Shown: piece by piece, positions 8,875 through 12,212 of the stretch | How the letters are laid out: each line of letters begins with the position of its first letter | Numbering within the stretch: the stretch's first letter is position 1 | NCBI GenBank assembly: GCA_044220955.1 | Contig: JBGAQA010000003.1 | Coordinates: 108,749-120,960 of the forward strand | Length of the DNA stretch: 12,212 nucleotides | Source of the DNA: Sandaracinaceae bacterium | GTDB lineage: Bacteria; Myxococcota_A; Polyangia; Polyangiales; Sandaracinaceae | Reading direction: 5' to 3' | Program-made: the position numbers and the translations under genes | The notes under the pieces: model-generated | Databases searched by the model: none | What the model saw: only the letters and a program-made list of their open reading frames with translations | What the model was told of the DNA's origin: nothing

Positions 8875-9630
8875 GTGCCGAAGATCCTGAGCGAGAAGCC
8901 GCGCGCACTGATCACCGGCGCCAGCCGCGGCATCGGCGCCGCCGTCGCCAAGAAGCTCGCGGCCGACGGCTATCCGGTGATCGTCCACTACCAGTCGCGC
9001 GAGGAGGCGGCGCAGAAGGTGAAGGCGGAGATCGAGGCCGCCGGCGGCACGGTCGAGCTCGTGCGCTTCGACGTCGCCGACCACGAGGCCTCGCAGGCGG
9101 CCATCGCGATGCTGCTCCAGGGCGCCCGCCCGATCGGCGTGCTCGTGAACAACGCCGGCGTCACCGCCGACGCGCCCTTCCCGGCGATGGACTGGCAGAT
9201 GTGGCGCAAGGTCGTCGCGACGAGCCTCGACGGCTTCTACAACGTCACCCAGCCTCTCTCGATGCCGATGATCAAGCTGCGCTGGGGCCGCATCGTGAAC
9301 CTCACGAGCGTCAGCGGCGTGATCGGCAACCGCGGCCAGGTGAACTACTCGGCGGCGAAGGCCGGCCTCATCGGCGCGACGAAGGCCCTCGCGCAGGAGA
9401 TGGCCAAGCGCAACGTCACGGTGAACGCCGTCGCCCCGGGGCCCGTCGAGACCGACATGTTCCAGGGTGCGATCGCCAACGGCACGCCGCTCGAGGAGGT
9501 GCTCAAGCACATCCCCATGCGGCGCATCGCGACGGTCGACGACGTCGCCGCGGTCGTCGCGTTCCTCTGCAGCGACGCCGCGGGCTACGTCACGGGTCAG
9601 GTGATCGGCGTCAACGGCGGGATGTGCTGA
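8875..9630 (+). CDS. fabG: 3-oxoacyl-ACP reductase (SDR), resembling aryl-polyene cluster ketoreductases
   Basis: TGASRGIG, NNAG, S..YSAAK catalytic motif, VNAVAPG, GQVIGVNGG; GGAGG SD before the GTG start. Confidence 0.93.
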   Translation: MPKILSEKPRALITGASRGIGAAVAKKLAADGYPVIVHYQSREEAAQKVKAEIEAAGGTVELVRFDVADHEASQAAIAMLLQGARPIGVLVNNAGVTADAPFPAMDWQMWRKVVATSLDGFYNVTQPLSMPMIKLRWGRIVNLTSVSGVIGNRGQVNYSAAKAGLIGATKALAQEMAKRNVTVNAVAPGPVETDMFQGAIANGTPLEEVLKHIPMRRIATVDDVAAVVAFLCSDAAGYVTGQVIGVNGGMC

Positions 9631-10070
9631 GGCCCCGCGCGCTCGCGATCGCCGCGGTGATCCTGGCGTTCGTCCTCGGGGCCCTGCTCTGGCGTGCCGG
9701 CGGTCGGCCTGTCGGGCACGAGCGCGAGGCCGAGGGCGAGGGCGAGAGCGAGGGCGAGAGCGAGGGCGAGAGCGAGCGCGAGGGCGAGAGCGAGCGCGAG
9801 GGCGAGCGCGAGGGCGAGAGCGAGAGCGAGAGCGAGCGCGAGAGCGAGCGGGTCGCGCCCGCTGCGCAGATCCAGCTCACGCCGGGCGCCATCACCGAGG
9901 CGCGCATGGCGGAGATCCGCCGCGACGTCCACCTCCTCGAGATCCAGCGCCTCGACGCGCGCGAGCGGGGCGACCACGAGGTCGAGGCCCGCCTCGATGC
10001 GGAGATCCGCGCGGCCCGCGCCGAGCACGACCGCCTCCGCGACACGCTCGGCGCCCCCGAGGGGATCTGA
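9624..10070 (+). CDS. Small membrane-anchored hypothetical protein with Glu-X repeat and C-terminal helical/coiled-coil region, about 148 aa
   Basis: GTG 9624 overlaps the fabG end; hydrophobic ALAIAAVILAFVLGALLW; (E-x)22; charged helical tail. The portion of ORF 9201-10070 upstream of 9624 is fabG shadow. Confidence 0.62.
   Translation: MLRPRALAIAAVILAFVLGALLWRAGGRPVGHEREAEGEGESEGESEGESEREGESEREGEREGESESESERESERVAPAAQIQLTPGAITEARMAEIRRDVHLLEIQRLDARERGDHEVEARLDAEIRAARAEHDRLRDTLGAPEGI
9720..9851 (+). repeat. 22 tandem hexamers, mostly GAG(A/G/C)GC, encoding ER/EG/ES dipeptides
   Basis: Directly visible gagggcgagagcgagcgc... run of 132 bp. Confidence 0.92.
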
Positions 10071-10163
10071 CGGGGTCACTCCAGCCCCCCTCAACCCCCC
10101 GAGATCACGACGTTCTGGCGGGTAGGTGCGCGTTTCGTTGCGCGCAGCAGCGAGCGAGTCACA

Positions 10164-11579
10164 TCAGGCGAGCAGGCCTGCGACGCAGGCCGTCATGTAG
10201 GTCGAGAGCAGCCCGCCGAGCATCGCGCGCATGCCGAGCTTGGCGAGATCCTTGCGCCGCTCGGGCGCCATCGCGCCGATGCCGCCGAGCTGGATCGCGA
10301 TCGAGCTGAAGTTCGCGAACCCGCAGAGCGCGTACGACGTGATCACGGTCGCGCGGTGGCTCATCGGGTGCGCGCTGCCGAGGTTCTCCGCGAGCGAGAT
10401 GTATCCGACGAACTCGTTGAGGACGAGGCGCTCGCCGAGGATCTCCGACACGGTCTGGCAGTCCTCGATCGGCACGCCCATGACGAAGGGCATCGGCCAG
10501 CCGATCACGCCCAGGATGCGCTGCATCGTGAAGGGCTCCCAGGCGACGAAGTGCGAAGAGAGCGTCCGGTTCGCGTCGTGGATGCACGTGACGAGCGCGG
10601 GACCGTCGAGCGTGCCGGCGCACGCCTCGGCTGGCTCGTGGCCCGCCGCGCGCAGCGCGGCGAGCGCATCGGCCCACACCGACCGGTCGTGCCAGAGCGA
10701 GGGGAGCGCGAGCAGCGCGTTCAAGAGCGCCACGAGCGCGATGAACGCGAGCAGCATCGCGCCGACGTTCAGCGCGAGCATCAGCCCCTCGCTCGCGCCG
10801 GCGGCCGCGGCGTCGACCACGTTCGCGTGAGGCCGCTCGTCGCTCATCTCGAGCGTGCCGGCCGTCTTCGGCGCCTGCTTCTCGGGCAGGATCACCTTCG
10901 CGAGCACCAGCGAGGCCGGCGCGCTCATCACGCTCGAGGCCATGAGGTGTCCCGCGATGTCGGGGAAGTGCCCCGAGAGGAGCGCGACGTAGGCGGCGAG
11001 CACGCCCCCCGCGGTGTTCGCGAAGCCGCCCACCATCACGGCCATGAGCTCGCTCTCGGTCATGGTGGCGACGAAGGGCTTCACGACGAGCGGCGCTTCC
11101 GTCTGCCCGACGAAGATGTTCGCCGCCGCCGCGAGCGTCTCGGCGCCCGAGGTCCTCATCGTCCGCTGCATGAGCCAGGCGAAGCCGCGCACGACCCTCT
11201 GCATCGCGCCCACGTGATAGAGGACGCTCATCAACGACGAGAAGAAGAGGATCGTCGGCAGCACCTGCAGCGCGAACGCAGGCCGCATCTCGAGGTAGTC
11301 GCCGAAGAGGAACCGGCTGCCCTCCGCCGTGAAGCCGATCAGCGCGGCGATCGCGTCGTTCATCAGGGAGAAGAACGCGAGGCCGAGGCTCGAGCGCAGC
11401 ACGATCACGCCGAACGCCAGCTGTAGCCCCACGCCCCAGAGCACGATGCGGCGCGGAAACGCCTTGCGGTCGTAGCTCATCGCCCACGCCAGGCCGATCA
11501 TCACGCAGAGCCCGAGCGCCGACATGCCGCGCTGCCAGAGCGGGACGTCTTCGGGGGTCAGCGCGCCGAGATCGTGCAC
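10164..11579 (-). CDS. NupC/CNT family concentrative nucleoside transporter
   Basis: FALQVLPTILFFSSL, TSGAETL..AANIFVGQTEAPL, ASSVMSAPA, LNEFVGY and YALCGFANFSSIAIQLGG motifs; many transmembrane segments. Confidence 0.96.
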   Translation of the reverse strand: MHDLGALTPEDVPLWQRGMSALGLCVMIGLAWAMSYDRKAFPRRIVLWGVGLQLAFGVIVLRSSLGLAFFSLMNDAIAALIGFTAEGSRFLFGDYLEMRPAFALQVLPTILFFSSLMSVLYHVGAMQRVVRGFAWLMQRTMRTSGAETLAAAANIFVGQTEAPLVVKPFVATMTESELMAVMVGGFANTAGGVLAAYVALLSGHFPDIAGHLMASSVMSAPASLVLAKVILPEKQAPKTAGTLEMSDERPHANVVDAAAAGASEGLMLALNVGAMLLAFIALVALLNALLALPSLWHDRSVWADALAALRAAGHEPAEACAGTLDGPALVTCIHDANRTLSSHFVAWEPFTMQRILGVIGWPMPFVMGVPIEDCQTVSEILGERLVLNEFVGYISLAENLGSAHPMSHRATVITSYALCGFANFSSIAIQLGGIGAMAPERRKDLAKLGMRAMLGGLLSTYMTACVAGLLA

Positions 11580-11588
11580 GGGGGCGCG

Positions 11589-11594
11589 AGGATA
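11589..11594 (-). promoter_or_regulatory. Putative -10 element TATCCT for the nupC-like gene (leaderless)
   Basis: TATCCT lies 9 nt before GTG 11579; no SD. Confidence 0.5.
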
Positions 11595-11598
11595 GGAC

Positions 11599-11628
11599 GA
11601 GAACGAGAGCGAGAGCGAGAGCGGGAGC
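11599..11628 (+). repeat. Intergenic hexamer repeat (GAGAAC, GAGAGC x3, GGGAGC)
   Basis: Directly visible between the GH31 stop and the nupC start. Confidence 0.8.
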
Positions 11629-11639
11629 GGTCCACCCGC

Positions 11640-12212
11640 TCAGCGCAGCACGACCGTGATGGCGCGATCCGTCGCGCCGCCCGTGATCGTGAGCATGGCG
11701 GTCCCGTCGATCACCAGCGTGCCCGTGCCCACGACGGAGATCGTGCCGCCCGTGATCGGCACGCTCGTCCCGTTCCACGTCGCGCTCGCGGCTGCGCCGC
11801 TCCAGCCCGTCGCGCGCCAGGCGTACGTCAGCGCGCCCTCGGCGAAGTCGGCGCTACCGGCGCCGTAGAGCCAGATCTCGCGATCGTCGCGCACGCTCGC
11901 GAGCGTGACGCGCGTCGAGGTCGCCGCCACGGCGCGCACCGTCTCGACCTCGGGCGGGAGCGCGACGATCATCGACCCCTCCGGCACGAACGCGGGGATC
12001 TCGGTGACCGGCGCGGCCACGCTGATCGCCGCGCCCGTCGAGGCGATCGCCGCGCCGCCCAAGAGCGGGCGGTACGTGCCCGGCGGGAGCGTGACCATGC
12101 GCGACGTCGCGCCCTCGGTGACCACCGGCGCCACGTAGATCGCGGGACCGAGCTGGTACTCGTCGGTCATCGACCAGCCCGGCTCGAAGCCCGGGTGGTC
12201 GTACGCGAGCGG
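11640..12212 (-). CDS. Glycoside hydrolase family 31 protein (alpha-glucosidase/xylosidase-like), 3' part
   Basis: Frame is open to the window edge: PLAYDHPGFEPGWSMTDEYQLGPAIYVAPVVTEGATSRMVTLPPGTY...APVTEIPAFVPEGS, matching the GH31 C-terminal pattern (RPL..D..D.qy.lG..llVAPV...r.vyLP.G.W...P.F.r.Gs). Confidence 0.85.
   Translation of the reverse strand, partial: PLAYDHPGFEPGWSMTDEYQLGPAIYVAPVVTEGATSRMVTLPPGTYRPLLGGAAIASTGAAISVAAPVTEIPAFVPEGSMIVALPPEVETVRAVAATSTRVTLASVRDDREIWLYGAGSADFAEGALTYAWRATGWSGAAASATWNGTSVPITGGTISVVGTGTLVIDGTAMLTITGGATDRAITVVLR

Noticed and set aside
7419..8951. Extended starts for E1alpha (8951), E1beta (7968), PEGA-2 (1728) and the DAG lipoprotein (4991)
   Set aside because: The first three extensions overlap neighbouring genes and the fourth overlaps the predicted promoter. 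Internal starts have an SD, stop-start coupling or a signal peptide.
9597..10125. Poly-LA, poly-SR/SP and poly-RA ORFs over the hexamer repeat
   Set aside because: Alternative readings of the same repeat. The Glu-X frame has a coupled start, a TM segment and a sensible C-terminus.
10071..10163. Possible terminator or sRNA in the convergent gap (TGCGCG-N8-CGCGCA)
   Set aside because: Only a 6-bp GC stem with no U-tract; expected by chance at this GC content.

Overview
Very GC-rich bacterial DNA. The gene content (PEGA proteins with a WWFWT tail, a DAG-repeat/Cys-rich lipoprotein) suggests Myxococcota, possibly Polyangiales/Sandaracinaceae; this is an inference. Left to right: 5' part of glgC (minus strand, missing from the ORF track); a divergent three-gene cell-envelope operon (two paralogous secreted TPR-like/PEGA proteins and a lipoprotein); a convergent DAGx-repeat Cys-rich lipoprotein; a minus-strand 2-oxoacid dehydrogenase operon (E1alpha-E1beta-E2, no E3); a divergent hotdog dehydratase + FabG pair of the aryl-polyene type followed by a small Glu-repeat membrane protein; a NupC/CNT nucleoside transporter; and the 3' end of a GH31 glycosidase. 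The most striking observation is that E1alpha is an uninterrupted, translationally coupled ORF that has lost essentially all ThDP-binding and catalytic motifs while E1beta and E2 are intact, making it a candidate pseudoenzyme subunit. Also notable are the PEGA operon architecture, the orphan Ape-like gene pair, and a recurring TAnnnT box 8-12 nt before start codons that lack a Shine-Dalgarno (SD) site.
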